From NCBI GenBank assembly GCA_044222475.1, contig JBGANF010000080.1, forward strand, positions 1-37,138: a stretch of 37,138 nt of DNA, written 5' to 3'. Numbering within the stretch: position 1 is the stretch's first letter; each line of letters starts with the position of its first letter. The translations under genes were made by a program, and so were the position numbers. Below are positions 26,066-35,907 of the stretch, in pieces. A model generated the notes under the pieces. It ran no database searches. It had not been told where the DNA came from and saw nothing but the letters and a program-made list of their open reading frames with translations. This DNA comes from Polyangiaceae bacterium. GTDB lineage: Bacteria > Myxococcota_A > Polyangia > Polyangiales > Polyangiaceae.

Positions 26066-27529
26066 TCATCTCAGGTCGACCGTCGCGGTGGCGGTCGGCG
26101 AGATGGTGATCTGCACGTGGCGTACCATGCTGGGATCGAGCTTCGAGGTCGCGACCACGTCGTAGGTGCCGCACGGCCAGGTGGCGCGGTCCGGAGCCTC
26201 GGCGACGACCGAGCCCGCGGTGACTCGCCACGCGTGATCGGCGCGGAGCCACACCGCGCCGCGGCAATCGGACGGCGGGGCGGAGGCGGTGGGCTTGACC
26301 GACGCCGACGTCGACGGTCGAGCCGCCACCACCCTCGGGACGCTCGCGGTCGCGCTCACCGCGACGCTGGCGCTCGGAGGGGCGAGGGGAGGAGAGGTCG
26401 GGGCGGCGGTGTCGCTCGCGGTGGCGGTCGCGATCGCGGTCGACGCGACGACCGGCGCAGTCGTTCGCGCTGGCCACGCGAACCACGCGACGACCGCGAG
26501 GAGGATCGGAATCGGCACGAGCTTGGGCCACAGGCGCGACCGAGGCAGTGGCCGCTCGGGGACGGTCGGTCGATCGGTCACGCTCGGGACGTCGCGGTGG
26601 AGCGTGAGCTCGGTGCCCTTCAGATCTTCGCCCTTCGGCGCGCGGAGCACGAGCACCGCTTCGTGCGCACCCGACGACGTCGAGAGCGCGGTCCCCACGA
26701 GATCGCCGAGCTGATCCTGCGTCGCCTGCGGGAGCTCCTCGATCGCGGCGAGCATCTCGCGCGCGCGCGCGAACCGCTCGTTGCGATCGTTCGCGAGAGC
26801 GCGCGTCACGATCGCCTGCGTCTCCGGCGAGGCTTTGAGCTTCGGGGGCTCCTCTTGCCGATCCGATCCCTGGAACGGGAGCGCCCCGGCGATCATCCGA
26901 TGGAGGAGCACGCCGACGGAGAAGATGTCGCTCCGAGGATCGAGCGGCTGGTCCGCGAGCTGCTCGGGTGACATCCAGCTGGGCTTGCCGGCGACGAGCC
27001 CGTCGCCGTGGGTTCCGGCCTCGGTGAGCATCGTCACGCCGAAGTCGGCGACGCGCACCTCGCCGGCCTTCGACAGGAGCACGTTGCCCGGAGTGACGTC
27101 GCGGTGGACGAGCACCTTCTGCTCCTTCTCGGCGAGCTCGTGCGCGAACGCGAGCCCGCGAAGGACTCCGGCCGCGATGCGGAGCGCGATCTTCTCGCTG
27201 AGCCGTTCGCCGCGCCCTTCGACGACGCGCAGGAGCTTGTGGAGATCGACGCCGTCGACGTACTCGAGAACGACGAAGTAGTCCTTGCGGTCGCCGATGC
27301 CGAAGTCGATGACGGAGACGATGTTGGGATGGCTGAGCTTGCTCAGCAGCATCGCCTCCGCCATGAAGAGGCCGCGGACCGTGTCGTCCTCGGCGTGGTT
27401 CGGGAGGAGTCGCTTGACGACGACCTTCTTCTCGAACCCGGCCGCGCCGACGGTGACGGCGAGGAAGACTTCGCCCATGCCCCCGACGCCGATGCGCTCC
27501 CGCAGGACGTAGCGACCGAGCGAGCTCAT
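26066..27529 (-). CDS. Membrane Ser/Thr protein kinase with small extracytoplasmic C-terminal domain
   Basis: GVGGMGEVF, VVVK, HPNIV, HRDVTPGN, DFG, GKPSWMSPEQ, SDIFS; TM segment followed by a Thr/Ala/Pro stalk. Confidence 0.93.
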   Translation of the reverse strand: MSSLGRYVLRERIGVGGMGEVFLAVTVGAAGFEKKVVVKRLLPNHAEDDTVRGLFMAEAMLLSKLSHPNIVSVIDFGIGDRKDYFVVLEYVDGVDLHKLLRVVEGRGERLSEKIALRIAAGVLRGLAFAHELAEKEQKVLVHRDVTPGNVLLSKAGEVRVADFGVTMLTEAGTHGDGLVAGKPSWMSPEQLADQPLDPRSDIFSVGVLLHRMIAGALPFQGSDRQEEPPKLKASPETQAIVTRALANDRNERFARAREMLAAIEELPQATQDQLGDLVGTALSTSSGAHEAVLVLRAPKGEDLKGTELTLHRDVPSVTDRPTVPERPLPRSRLWPKLVPIPILLAVVAWFAWPARTTAPVVASTAIATATASDTAAPTSPPLAPPSASVAVSATASVPRVVAARPSTSASVKPTASAPPSDCRGAVWLRADHAWRVTAGSVVAEAPDRATWPCGTYDVVATSKLDPSMVRHVQITISPTATATVDLR

Positions 27530-27530
27530 G

Positions 27531-28682
27531 TCAGCGGCATCCGTCCGGTGGGCAGTACGCGAGATCGCGGTTCTGGTAGAGGATCACGCCGGTCGTCACC
27601 GCGGCGGCTGCGACCACGACGCCGCCGACGACCGGCCAGATCCACCACGGGACGCCGCCCCCCGCCTCGCACGTCTCGCCCAACAAGCGGCAGACGAAAG
27701 GCCGGAGGCGGCCCTCGCTCAGCGACGAGTCGACGGTCTCGGTTCGGACGAGCGCGCCGGTCGACGCATCGAACAGATCGAGCCGGAGCGTCGACGCGAT
27801 CGACTTGCGAACGACGAGCGCCTGTTCGGCGCGGAAGTAGATCGCGCGGGCGAGGAGGAGCTCGTCCGGCGGAGGCGGCGGCGTCGGGAGCGACGCGAGC
27901 TGCTCTTCGATGGTGAGCCGGCTCGCCGGGTCGAGCACGACGCGGAACGCGCCGTCGGGTTGGAGCAGTCGTTTCTCGGTGTGGGGCTCGTAGCGGAAGC
28001 GTCGCAGCGTCACGAAGTGATCGCCGGCGCGGACCTCGACGTCCATCGGGGTCACGCCGGTCTGCTTGCGTCCGTCGATCCAGACCTCGGCTCCGGTCGG
28101 CAGGCTCTCGACGTGGACCTTGCCCTTGCGGCGGAGGAGGACGTCGGCGCGGGCGGCGAGGAGCGCCTTCTCGGCGGCCTCCTTGTTTCGACCGCGCTCG
28201 GGTTCGCTCTCGTCGAGCAAGGTGGCGGCCGCGAAATGGACCGGTGCATCCTGCACGTGTCCGGCGAGCGTGAGGCAGGTGCCGGACTCGACGTGGAGAT
28301 CGCGGAGGAGGCCGATCTCGCCGGCCGACGCGAGGAGATCGATCGCGTCGCCGACGGCGGTCTCGGCCTCGCGCACGCAGCCGTCCCAGTCGGCGTCGGC
28401 CTTGGCGGCGCGCGCCCGATCGAGCGCGAGGCGGATGGCCGCGATGCGTTGGTCGTCCTTGGCCTTCGCCGCGGTGATCGCGCCCGGCTTCGGAGCGGGC
28501 AGCTCCTCGCGGATGGCGCGGCGGCTCGCGACGATCTTGCGGATGGGGGCGACCGCCGCCGGGGTGACCGCGGCGTCGTTGAAGAGCGCGACCGGCGTCC
28601 CCTCGGCGTGGGCCCTCGGGGCCGCGACTACGAGAAGCGCGACCGCCAGTACGCCGGCGGTGGCCCGTTGCGCGTCACTCAC
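27531..28682 (-). CDS. PEGA-domain exported protein with C-terminal TM
   Basis: Signal peptide (AHA), helical TPR-like region, VHVESLPTGAEVWIDG...GVTPM...GDHFVTL (PEGA), PWWIWPVVG TM. Confidence 0.88.
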   Translation of the reverse strand: MSDAQRATAGVLAVALLVVAAPRAHAEGTPVALFNDAAVTPAAVAPIRKIVASRRAIREELPAPKPGAITAAKAKDDQRIAAIRLALDRARAAKADADWDGCVREAETAVGDAIDLLASAGEIGLLRDLHVESGTCLTLAGHVQDAPVHFAAATLLDESEPERGRNKEAAEKALLAARADVLLRRKGKVHVESLPTGAEVWIDGRKQTGVTPMDVEVRAGDHFVTLRRFRYEPHTEKRLLQPDGAFRVVLDPASRLTIEEQLASLPTPPPPPDELLLARAIYFRAEQALVVRKSIASTLRLDLFDASTGALVRTETVDSSLSEGRLRPFVCRLLGETCEAGGGVPWWIWPVVGGVVVAAAAVTTGVILYQNRDLAYCPPDGCR

Positions 28683-28708
28683 GTCACCACCGTATCACCA
28701 GAACGGCG

Positions 28709-29833
28709 TCAGTCCGAGAGGTGGGCGTAGGCCCCGCTCGCCGTGCCGGCGTGGACCGTGACGTCGACGGCGTCGCATCCGCCCGCGAAGCCGTCCGCGT
28801 CGGAGCCGATCTTGTGCTCGTTCTTGGCGCACTCGGCGTCGTTCACGTCGGTGCGATAGACCGTGCTCGTCGCGGTGAGCTCGGCGACGATCTCGGGGTC
28901 GGGGAGCGTGACCGCTCCGTACTTCATCGGTCCCGACGAGATGACGCTGATCTTCGGCGTCACCGCGTCGATGAAGGCCTTTCGCGACGACGTCTTCGAG
29001 CCGTGGTGGCCGACGACGAGCACGTCCGCGTCGAGGAGCGCGCGGTGATGTGCGAGGAGGTAACCCTCGACCGACGTGTCGGCCGGCGCGGACGAGGGAT
29101 CCGCGCGTCCGCCGGCTTCGGCGTCGCCCATCAAGAGGACCTTGGTGCCGTCGAGATCGAGCAGCGTCACGAGGGAGGTCTCGTTGAAGCTGCCGCCGCG
29201 GACCTTGGGATCGACGTGGAGGAACGTCATGGTGGCGCGGTCACCGAGGCGGATCGGCGCGGCTTCGGTCGCCGGGGCGCCGCGGTCGAGGTGGACGACC
29301 GGAGGGAGCTTGTCGTCGCAGAGGGGCTTCCCGAAGTCGACGTCGCCGGTCGTACCAGAATGGTACGACGCGTGGGTGGTCTCGACCGCGCCGAGGAACC
29401 GGCGGTACCCGCAGATGTCGTTGACGGCGCCGGACTCCCAGACGTTCTTCGGCGGGTAGCGGAGCACGACGTCGGCGAGGAGCTCGACGTGATCGCGGTG
29501 GGGGTGGCTGACGACCACGTGATCGAGGCGCGCGAGCCGCGGCGCGAACGCGCGGAGGTAGGCGACGAAGCGGTTCTTGTCGCCGGTGGCGAGGTCGTCG
29601 TTGGAGCCGCCGTCGTAGACGAGGCTGAAATCGGGGCCGGTGACGAACACCGCGAGGCCGGTACCCACGTCGGCGACGTGGACCGTGAACGACGGCCGCG
29701 GACCGGGAGAGGGAGGGGGAGGGGGAGGGGGAGCGGTGCTCGCGGTCGCGGTCGGCGCTGCCGTCGGTCCGGGAGTCGCCCCGGCGCACGCGACGAGGAG
29801 AGATGCGATGGAGAAGAGGGCGAGCGGTCGCAT
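28709..29833 (-). CDS. ComEC/Rec2-type metallo-beta-lactamase-fold lipoprotein (likely nuclease/phosphodiesterase)
   Basis: LVAC lipobox; DVGTG, YDGG, SHPHRDH, NETS, MGDAE, VGHHGS; no ComEC membrane domain. Confidence 0.87.
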   Translation of the reverse strand: MRPLALFSIASLLVACAGATPGPTAAPTATASTAPPPPPPPSPGPRPSFTVHVADVGTGLAVFVTGPDFSLVYDGGSNDDLATGDKNRFVAYLRAFAPRLARLDHVVVSHPHRDHVELLADVVLRYPPKNVWESGAVNDICGYRRFLGAVETTHASYHSGTTGDVDFGKPLCDDKLPPVVHLDRGAPATEAAPIRLGDRATMTFLHVDPKVRGGSFNETSLVTLLDLDGTKVLLMGDAEAGGRADPSSAPADTSVEGYLLAHHRALLDADVLVVGHHGSKTSSRKAFIDAVTPKISVISSGPMKYGAVTLPDPEIVAELTATSTVYRTDVNDAECAKNEHKIGSDADGFAGGCDAVDVTVHAGTASGAYAHLSD

Positions 29834-29835
29834 GA

Positions 29836-30441
29836 TCACCAGCGCAGCGTGTAGCTCGAGTCCTCTCCATCGACCTGGACCTTCGCCGACGGCGTCTCCT
29901 TGAAGTGCATCACCACGGCCTCGAGCACTCCCGCGTCGTACTCGGCGATCCCGTGGAACCCGACGTAGCGCACGGTCGCTTCGCGCGCGGCGACAGGCTC
30001 GGTCGACACGTGGCCGGCTCGCGTCAGGAGGTTGCGCGCTTCGGGGTACTTCTTCAGCGCGGCCATCGGATCGTGGAGCGTGGCGAAGATCACGGTGCCG
30101 ACGGTCGACTTCCGGAACGTCTCGATCGCGATGCGCCCGAGCTGGCGGTACCCCTCGCGCAGGCCGAGCTTCGAGAAGCGCCGCTTCACGACCTCGCGCT
30201 GGATGAGCTGCAAATCGCGGATGGGGTACTCCGAGAACGGGACGTACTTGCCGAGCTTCGGCGGCTGATCGAGCTTGGGCTTCAAACCGTCCCACGTGGC
30301 GGCGTCGAGCATCGCGACCATGTCGCTGAAGAACATCCCCTTGAGGGTGTCTTCTTTCGGCGTCCATGCGTGGATCGCGTCGATGTCGAGGTCGCCGGTG
30401 AGGGGCTCGCCGGCTTTCATCGTCCACGACAGGGTGCGCAT
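29836..30441 (-). CDS. DUF2378 / TIGR02265-like Myxococcales protein
   Basis: TLKGMFF, KYVPFSEYP, GYRQLGR...FRKSTVG, Y.AGVLEA pattern. Confidence 0.75.
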   Translation of the reverse strand: MRTLSWTMKAGEPLTGDLDIDAIHAWTPKEDTLKGMFFSDMVAMLDAATWDGLKPKLDQPPKLGKYVPFSEYPIRDLQLIQREVVKRRFSKLGLREGYRQLGRIAIETFRKSTVGTVIFATLHDPMAALKKYPEARNLLTRAGHVSTEPVAAREATVRYVGFHGIAEYDAGVLEAVVMHFKETPSAKVQVDGEDSSYTLRW

Positions 30442-30507
30442 GCGAGGTGGGACATCATACCTGGGCTTCTCTTCCGCGTGCTCAACAGCTACGACCACTG
30501 GGCCGCC

Positions 30508-31062
30508 ATGACCCCATACCCGAACGCACCCGCGCCTTGGCATCAGCCGCCGCCTCCTCCTCCCCTCGGCGTCGGGGTCGGGGTGAAGGTCCTCGCCGGC
30601 ATTCAGTGCTTCTTCGGCGGCCTCGGTATCTTGCTCTCGCCGTTCACGTTGCTCCAGCGCAACACCGCGAAGGACGCCGTGTCGAAGGCGATCTTCTCCG
30701 CCATGTGGGACGGCCCGATGGCGATCTACTCGTGGTTCCAGCTCGCGATCGGGATCCTGCTCGCCGTCGCGCTCCTCGCTTCCGGCGTCGGCCTCTTCAT
30801 GAGCAAGCGCTGGGCGCGCACGCTCGGGCTCATCTACGGCGTCGCGGCGCTCGTCATGCTCGTCGTCGGGCAGCTCGTCACCATCATCGTGGTCTACCCG
30901 GTGCTCACGCCGTTCCTGGACTCCACGAACGCCGTCGAGCGCGCGGGGGCCATCGGTGGGTTGGCTGGCGGCGCCGGCGGGGCGTGCGTCGCCGCGATCC
31001 TGCCCGTCGCGATGCTCATCGTCCTCGGACGGAAGAGCATGAACGATCAGCTGCGGGATTGA
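30508..31062 (+). CDS. Membrane protein (about 4 TM) with Pro-rich N-terminus
   Basis: Hydrophobic segments, SGVGLF..KRWARTLGLIY motif, GC3-rich codons. Confidence 0.8.
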   Translation: MTPYPNAPAPWHQPPPPPPLGVGVGVKVLAGIQCFFGGLGILLSPFTLLQRNTAKDAVSKAIFSAMWDGPMAIYSWFQLAIGILLAVALLASGVGLFMSKRWARTLGLIYGVAALVMLVVGQLVTIIVVYPVLTPFLDSTNAVERAGAIGGLAGGAGGACVAAILPVAMLIVLGRKSMNDQLRD

Positions 31063-31094
31063 AGGGCACCCGGACTTCAGTCCGGGGCGCCTTT
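31063..31094. repeat. REP-like palindrome (third copy), possible bidirectional terminator
   Basis: AGGGCACCCGGAC-TTCA-GTCCGGGGCGCCTTT fills the gap between convergent genes. Confidence 0.8.
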
Positions 31095-31406
31095 CTACCG
31101 CGCCGCCAGCACGTAATAGAGCATGAAGAGCCCGAACGGGATCACGACCACCGCGAGCATGATCGCGACCATCGTCGGCACGACGCTCTTCCCCGAGCGC
31201 GCTCGGAACGTGAACCCGCACGCGTTGCACTGCGTCGTCTCGAGGAGCGTGAGCAGGCCCAACCGCGGCCCCGCGTCCATCTCCGACGTGTGCGGGCTAC
31301 CGCACCGCGGACAGCCGTAACCACCTTCGGGCGGCGGTGGCTCTGGGAACTTGGGGATGAACTTGGGGACGAACTTGGGGACGAACTTGGGGACGGGCTC
31401 GGTCAC
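31095..31406 (-). CDS. Small zinc-ribbon membrane protein
   Basis: CPRCGS...CNACG plus a C-terminal TM; N-terminal PKF(V/I) repeats. Confidence 0.75.
   Translation of the reverse strand: MTEPVPKFVPKFVPKFIPKFPEPPPPEGGYGCPRCGSPHTSEMDAGPRLGLLTLLETTQCNACGFTFRARSGKSVVPTMVAIMLAVVVIPFGLFMLYYVLAAR
31347..31394. repeat. Coding 12-bp tandem repeat, 4 copies
   Basis: GAACTTGGGGA(T/C) x4, encoding (V/I)PKF on the minus strand. Confidence 0.9.
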
Positions 31407-31458
31407 GTCCGGTCATCGTAGGCATTGACGCTCGGGCAGGAAAGCGTGACGAAGGGCC

Positions 31459-33612
31459 ATGGACTCGACGTTGGCGCGCATCCGCACCGCGCTCGCAAGC
31501 CCGGTCGGCGTGCTCGTCGCCGTGCCGTCGCTGGTCGCGCTCCTCGGCATCGCGGTCGCGCTCCTCGCGCTCGCCGCGATCCGCGCCCAGAGCGAAGCGG
31601 TCGCGAAGGACGTCCTCGTCAGTCAGGCCGCCTACGTCGGCGAGGACACCCAGTCCGCGCTCGGTCAGGCCGCTCCGATCCTCTCGCGCATCCGTGACGT
31701 GGCCGCGAACGACGACCCGTCGCAGCCGCTCGCCCGCGTCGCGCCCGCGCTTCACGACTCGGTGCTCGCGCACGCGGGCATCACCTACGTCAGCGAGAGC
31801 TTCCCCGACGGGACGTTCCGCGGCGCGTACGTCGACAAAGGCGCCGTGCTCGTGCAAGAGAGCCGGGTCGGCACCGGCGCCGACAAAGCCCGGCGCTTCG
31901 CCTTCGACGACGGCGCGCTCTCGTTCCTCGGCGAAGAGCCGAGCACCTACGATCCCCGCACGCGGCCGTTCTACGCGCTCGCGATGGAGAAGAAGGCGCG
32001 CACGTGGACCGCGCCCTACACGTTCTACGACACGCACCTCACCGGCATCACCTGCACCGAGCCGGTGTTCGACGCGAACGGTGCGCTGCACGCGATCATC
32101 ACCGTCGACTTCGACGTCAACGGGCTCTCGGCGATGCTCGCTCGGTCACCGTACGAGGGTGGACGCACCATCATCTTTTCCCAAAATGGGACAATCCTCG
32201 CGTACGCGGCCAAGGGACGCCGCGCCCCCCAGCCGACGGCGGACGTGCCGCTCCGCGCGAGCGACCTGGGCGACCCGGCGATCGCCGCCGTCGTCGCCGC
32301 GGCGACGAGCGCCCCGTCGGGACCGCCGAGCGTCGCCACCGTCGGCGCCGGAGACGACGCCGAGCTCGTCGCGTTCACCTCGGTGAAGCCGCCGTCGCGG
32401 CCGGCCACGCCCGACGTGTGGTACGTCGCCGCGCTCGCGCCGAAGGCCGAGATCTCGCGGCCGGCGGCGGAGCTCCAGAAGAGGAGCATCCTGGCGAACG
32501 CGGTCGCGATCCTCCTCGCGCTGGCGATCGCGATCCTGCTGTCGCGCCACATCGTGCGCATGCGCACCGATCTCCAGGCGACCAAGGCGTCGCTCACGAC
32601 CGCCGAAGATCGCGCGCGCGAGCTCGGGAGCTACCGGCTCGTCGCGAAGCTCGGCGCCGGAGGGCAGGGCGAGGTCTGGCGCGCGGAGCATCGGCTGCTC
32701 GCGCGCGAAGCGGCCATCAAGCTCATCCGGAAGGACGTCGCGGCGAGCGACCTCGCCGAGCTCCGCGGTCGCTTTCGCCTCGAGGCGCAAGCGCTGGCGT
32801 CGCTCAAATCGCGAAACACGATCGAGCTCTTCGACTACGGCACGACCGAGGACGGCGTCTTCTTCTACGTCATGGAGCTGCTCGACGGTCTCAACCTCGA
32901 GACGCTCGTCGCCAAGCACGGCCCGCAGCCGTCGGCGCGGGTCATTCACATCCTGATTCAGGCGTGCGCGTCGCTCGCCGAAGCGCACGACCGCAAGATC
33001 CTCCACCGCGACATCAAACCGGCGAACCTCTTCTTGTGTCGCCTCGCCGACGAGGTCGACGTCATCAAGGTGCTCGACTTCGGCCTCGTGAACCCGATCG
33101 GAGAGCGCGTCGCGCCGGTGAGGCTCCCGGAGTCGGCTGGTACGGAGCCGCCGTCGAGCGACAAGCTCACCGAGGACGGCATGGTCATGGGCACGCCGGG
33201 GTTCATGGCGCCGGAGCAGGCGCGCGGTGGGGGAGGGCTCGACGGGCGGGTCGACGTCTACGCGCTCGGGTGCGTCGCGTGGTGGCTGCTCGCCGGGAAG
33301 ATGGTCTTCGAGAGGAAGACGGCGATGGCGCTCGTGGCGGCGCACATCGCCGAGCCGGTTCCGTCGCTCGTGGATGCGGTGCCGGGTTGGGTGTCGCCGG
33401 AGCTGGCGGTGCTCGTCACGTCGTGCCTCGCGAAGTCGCGGCGCGAGCGACCGGCGACGGTGCGCGCGCTGGCGGAGGCGCTTCGTTCGATCGTGATCCC
33501 GAAGGAGCACGCGTTCGGAGAAGAAGAGGCGCGCGCGTGGTGGACCGAGCGGGAGATCCCCGCGAGTCGCGGGGCGGAGGTGTCTCAGCCGGTGATTTTG
33601 GTCCCGGAGTGA
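31459..33612 (+). CDS. Ser/Thr kinase with N-terminal TM-Cache-like sensor-TM region
   Basis: YDPRTRPFY..A...WTAPY...GIT...PV (dCache-type motif) between two TMs; GAGGQGEVW, AIK, HRDIKPAN, DFG, GTPGFMAPEQ. Confidence 0.92.
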   Translation: MDSTLARIRTALASPVGVLVAVPSLVALLGIAVALLALAAIRAQSEAVAKDVLVSQAAYVGEDTQSALGQAAPILSRIRDVAANDDPSQPLARVAPALHDSVLAHAGITYVSESFPDGTFRGAYVDKGAVLVQESRVGTGADKARRFAFDDGALSFLGEEPSTYDPRTRPFYALAMEKKARTWTAPYTFYDTHLTGITCTEPVFDANGALHAIITVDFDVNGLSAMLARSPYEGGRTIIFSQNGTILAYAAKGRRAPQPTADVPLRASDLGDPAIAAVVAAATSAPSGPPSVATVGAGDDAELVAFTSVKPPSRPATPDVWYVAALAPKAEISRPAAELQKRSILANAVAILLALAIAILLSRHIVRMRTDLQATKASLTTAEDRARELGSYRLVAKLGAGGQGEVWRAEHRLLAREAAIKLIRKDVAASDLAELRGRFRLEAQALASLKSRNTIELFDYGTTEDGVFFYVMELLDGLNLETLVAKHGPQPSARVIHILIQACASLAEAHDRKILHRDIKPANLFLCRLADEVDVIKVLDFGLVNPIGERVAPVRLPESAGTEPPSSDKLTEDGMVMGTPGFMAPEQARGGGGLDGRVDVYALGCVAWWLLAGKMVFERKTAMALVAAHIAEPVPSLVDAVPGWVSPELAVLVTSCLAKSRRERPATVRALAEALRSIVIPKEHAFGEEEARAWWTEREIPASRGAEVSQPVILVPE

Positions 33613-33634
33613 CCGACGTCCGAGCGGCTGCGGG

Positions 33635-34198
33635 TCAGAGGAAGCGCAGGAACATCGGCTCGGGATCCAGGACCTCCAGCGCGAACTGCGTGCTGCCGAG
33701 GGCGAGGAAGCGCACGCGCAGCGGCGGGAGCGGGCCACAGACCGGGAGCACGTTCACGTCGAGGCTAGGGTCCGACGCGTCGAGGCGGTAGGTGCCCACC
33801 TGCGGCGGACCGCCGTCGACCTCGACGATCACGTCCCACGTCATGCCGTCATCTCGCACGCGCACCGTCTCACGGAGAGTCTTCGGCGGCTTCGCGCCGA
33901 AGGAGATCGCGCTCGCGAGTTTGTAGAGCCCGGGTGGAGGCGGCGGTCCGAGGGGCGGGCTCCCTCCGCCAGGCGTTCCCTTGGAGACTGGGATGACGTT
34001 TGCGGTGTTTGCGAGATCGTGGCAGGTGGTCGGCGTAGCGTCCGGCGACGACCCGTCGGCCGAGGCATCGACCGGCGTCACGCTTCCGTCCACGCTGCCG
34101 CCGCCATCGTTTCCACCCTGCGCGGTGCTGGTGCGCCCGCCGCAGGCGAGGGCGGTGGCGCCGAGGAGCACGAGAACGAAGCAAGCGCGAAGCGTCAT
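33635..34198 (-). CDS. Hypothetical lipoprotein
   Basis: MTLRACFVLVLLGATALAC signal, DA/DG-rich linker; TACCGT 6 nt before ATG. Confidence 0.75.
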   Translation of the reverse strand: MTLRACFVLVLLGATALACGGRTSTAQGGNDGGGSVDGSVTPVDASADGSSPDATPTTCHDLANTANVIPVSKGTPGGGSPPLGPPPPPGLYKLASAISFGAKPPKTLRETVRVRDDGMTWDVIVEVDGGPPQVGTYRLDASDPSLDVNVLPVCGPLPPLRVRFLALGSTQFALEVLDPEPMFLRFL

Positions 34199-34416
34199 GG
34201 GTGAACGGTAGATCGTTTCGGTGCGCGCGTCTCGTGGTGGCGTTTCAGTCGGCTGGATCTCCGGAAACGGCACGCTCTCCAAGAGGGGAAAGTAGCTCGG
34301 TACCGACATCGATGCGAAGATGGAGTCTCGACTTCGCGCTGCGGACGGCCTCCAGAGTGCCATCACATCCCAAAATGGTACCGGACGGCGAAGGGACAAG
34401 GGGGTACGATGGGTCG

Positions 34417-35208
34417 ATGCGGCTCGTGTTCGGTGCAGGCTTCACTGGGGCTCGTGTCGCCGCGCTCGCGACCGAGCGAGGCGAAGAGGTGGTCGCCGTG
34501 GTCCGCACCCCCGAGAGCGTCGCACGGCTGCAGGGTCGCGGCTTCACCGTCACCCGCGAGCCGGTGGCCGAGGTCGCGCGGCGCTGGGCGCTCCCAGGTG
34601 CGCACGCGATCGTCTGCCTTCCTCCTGATGGCGATACGGACGCGCTCCTCGCACCGCTTCTCGCACGCGCGGACGCGGTCACGTACGTCTCGACGACCAG
34701 CGTCTATGGCGAGCGCGAGGGCTCGATCGACGACTCCACGCCCGTCGACGCGTCGCCGAGCGTTCGCCTCGCCGCCGAAGGAAGTTACCGCGCGATCGGC
34801 GCGACGGTCTTGAGGGCACCTGGCATCTACGGTCCCGAACGCGGGCTCCACGTTCGCGTGACCCAAGGCCGGCATGCCGTACCCGGAGACGGCTCGAACT
34901 TCGTCTCCCGGATCCACGTCGACGATCTCGCGGAGCTCCTCCTCGCGAGCCGCAAGGTCCGCGGGGAGACGTTCGTCGTCGGCGATCTGGAGCCGGCCAC
35001 CCAGCGCGAGATCGTCGGGTGGATCTGCACCGAGTACGGGTGCCCCTTCCCGCCCTCGGTCGCAGCGTCCGAAGTGCCCGAGACGCTCCGACGCAATCGG
35101 CGCGTCGATCCGCGGCGCGCGCTGGCTGCGCTCGGTGTGACCTTGCGATACCCGAGCTACCGCGACGGGATGAAGCGGAGCGAGCTCGAGCGCCCTCCAC
35201 CGGCGTAG
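34417..35208 (+). CDS. Atypical SDR / NAD(P)-dependent epimerase-dehydratase family protein
   Basis: VFGAGFTG Rossmann motif, YVSTTSVYG, LRAPGIYGP, SRIHVDDLA, LRYPSYRDG. Confidence 0.88.
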   Translation: MRLVFGAGFTGARVAALATERGEEVVAVVRTPESVARLQGRGFTVTREPVAEVARRWALPGAHAIVCLPPDGDTDALLAPLLARADAVTYVSTTSVYGEREGSIDDSTPVDASPSVRLAAEGSYRAIGATVLRAPGIYGPERGLHVRVTQGRHAVPGDGSNFVSRIHVDDLAELLLASRKVRGETFVVGDLEPATQREIVGWICTEYGCPFPPSVAASEVPETLRRNRRVDPRRALAALGVTLRYPSYRDGMKRSELERPPPA

Positions 35209-35822
35209 TGACGGTGCGGAAATGGCGAAGTCGCAGGGAAGAAGTTCTGGGAAGACGCCCCCCTGGATTCCTGATGCGTCGAACGGATCGGGCCCTCGGG
35301 GATGTCGCGCGTCAGGCATTCGAGCGCGCTCGACGCGCGGTCGCGAGTCGACCACCGCGGTGGCGCTCGTACCTAGAGTCTCTGTCCGTAGCTGCCATCT
35401 TCGGCCACAGCGAGGCGATCACCGCACTTGGGGCTTGGTATGCCGAAGGTCTACGCGCTCGCGGCAAGGTGATTCTCCGGCGCAATCCCGCCGTTGCGGC
35501 AGCGCTGTTCGCGACGGCCGCTGCGTCGGGTGATCCCTTGGCAATGATCCATCTCGCTGGATGCTACGAACGCGGCATCGGAGTGACTCGTTCGAGCAAG
35601 AACGAACGCCTCTGGTACCTCCGCGCCGCCCGCTTGGGCCACCCCGTAGCGGCTTACAACTTGGCCGTGATTTCCCGTCTTGCTGGGGGTCAACGTGGCT
35701 ACCTCCGTTGGCTCAGGCGGGCAGCGGACCTCGGCGACGCGGATGCAGTCGCGGAGCTGGCAAGTTCGCGTGGAGGCTCCACGGGCACTCGCGTTGCTCG
35801 AGCGACGCGGAGTCGCCAATGA
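35208..35822 (+). CDS. Sel1-like repeat protein
   Basis: AA..GH.EA...LG.WY.EG, AAASGD..AM..LA.CYERGIGV, WY.RAA..GH..AAYNLA, W.RRAAD.GD; start uncertain (GTG 35208 or ATG 35274). Confidence 0.7.
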   Translation: MTVRKWRSRREEVLGRRPPGFLMRRTDRALGDVARQAFERARRAVASRPPRWRSYLESLSVAAIFGHSEAITALGAWYAEGLRARGKVILRRNPAVAAALFATAAASGDPLAMIHLAGCYERGIGVTRSSKNERLWYLRAARLGHPVAAYNLAVISRLAGGQRGYLRWLRRAADLGDADAVAELASSRGGSTGTRVARATRSRQ

Positions 35823-35907
35823 TGGAGGACCCCGGACGTCGAGCAAGCCAACGAGCCACCGATCGCACCTACTGCCCTTTCCCGTCCGTACCAGTGCGAC
35901 GGTCCTG

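Noticed and set aside
29834..30427. Apparent N-terminal extension fusing the DUF2378 region to the MBL gene
   Set aside because: The extension is a shadow frame; the MBL has its own signal peptide starting at 29833
34347..34362. sigma54-like TGGCAC-TCTGG-AGGC on the minus strand
   Set aside because: Poor -12 element, and the downstream gene already has a -10 box right before its ATG
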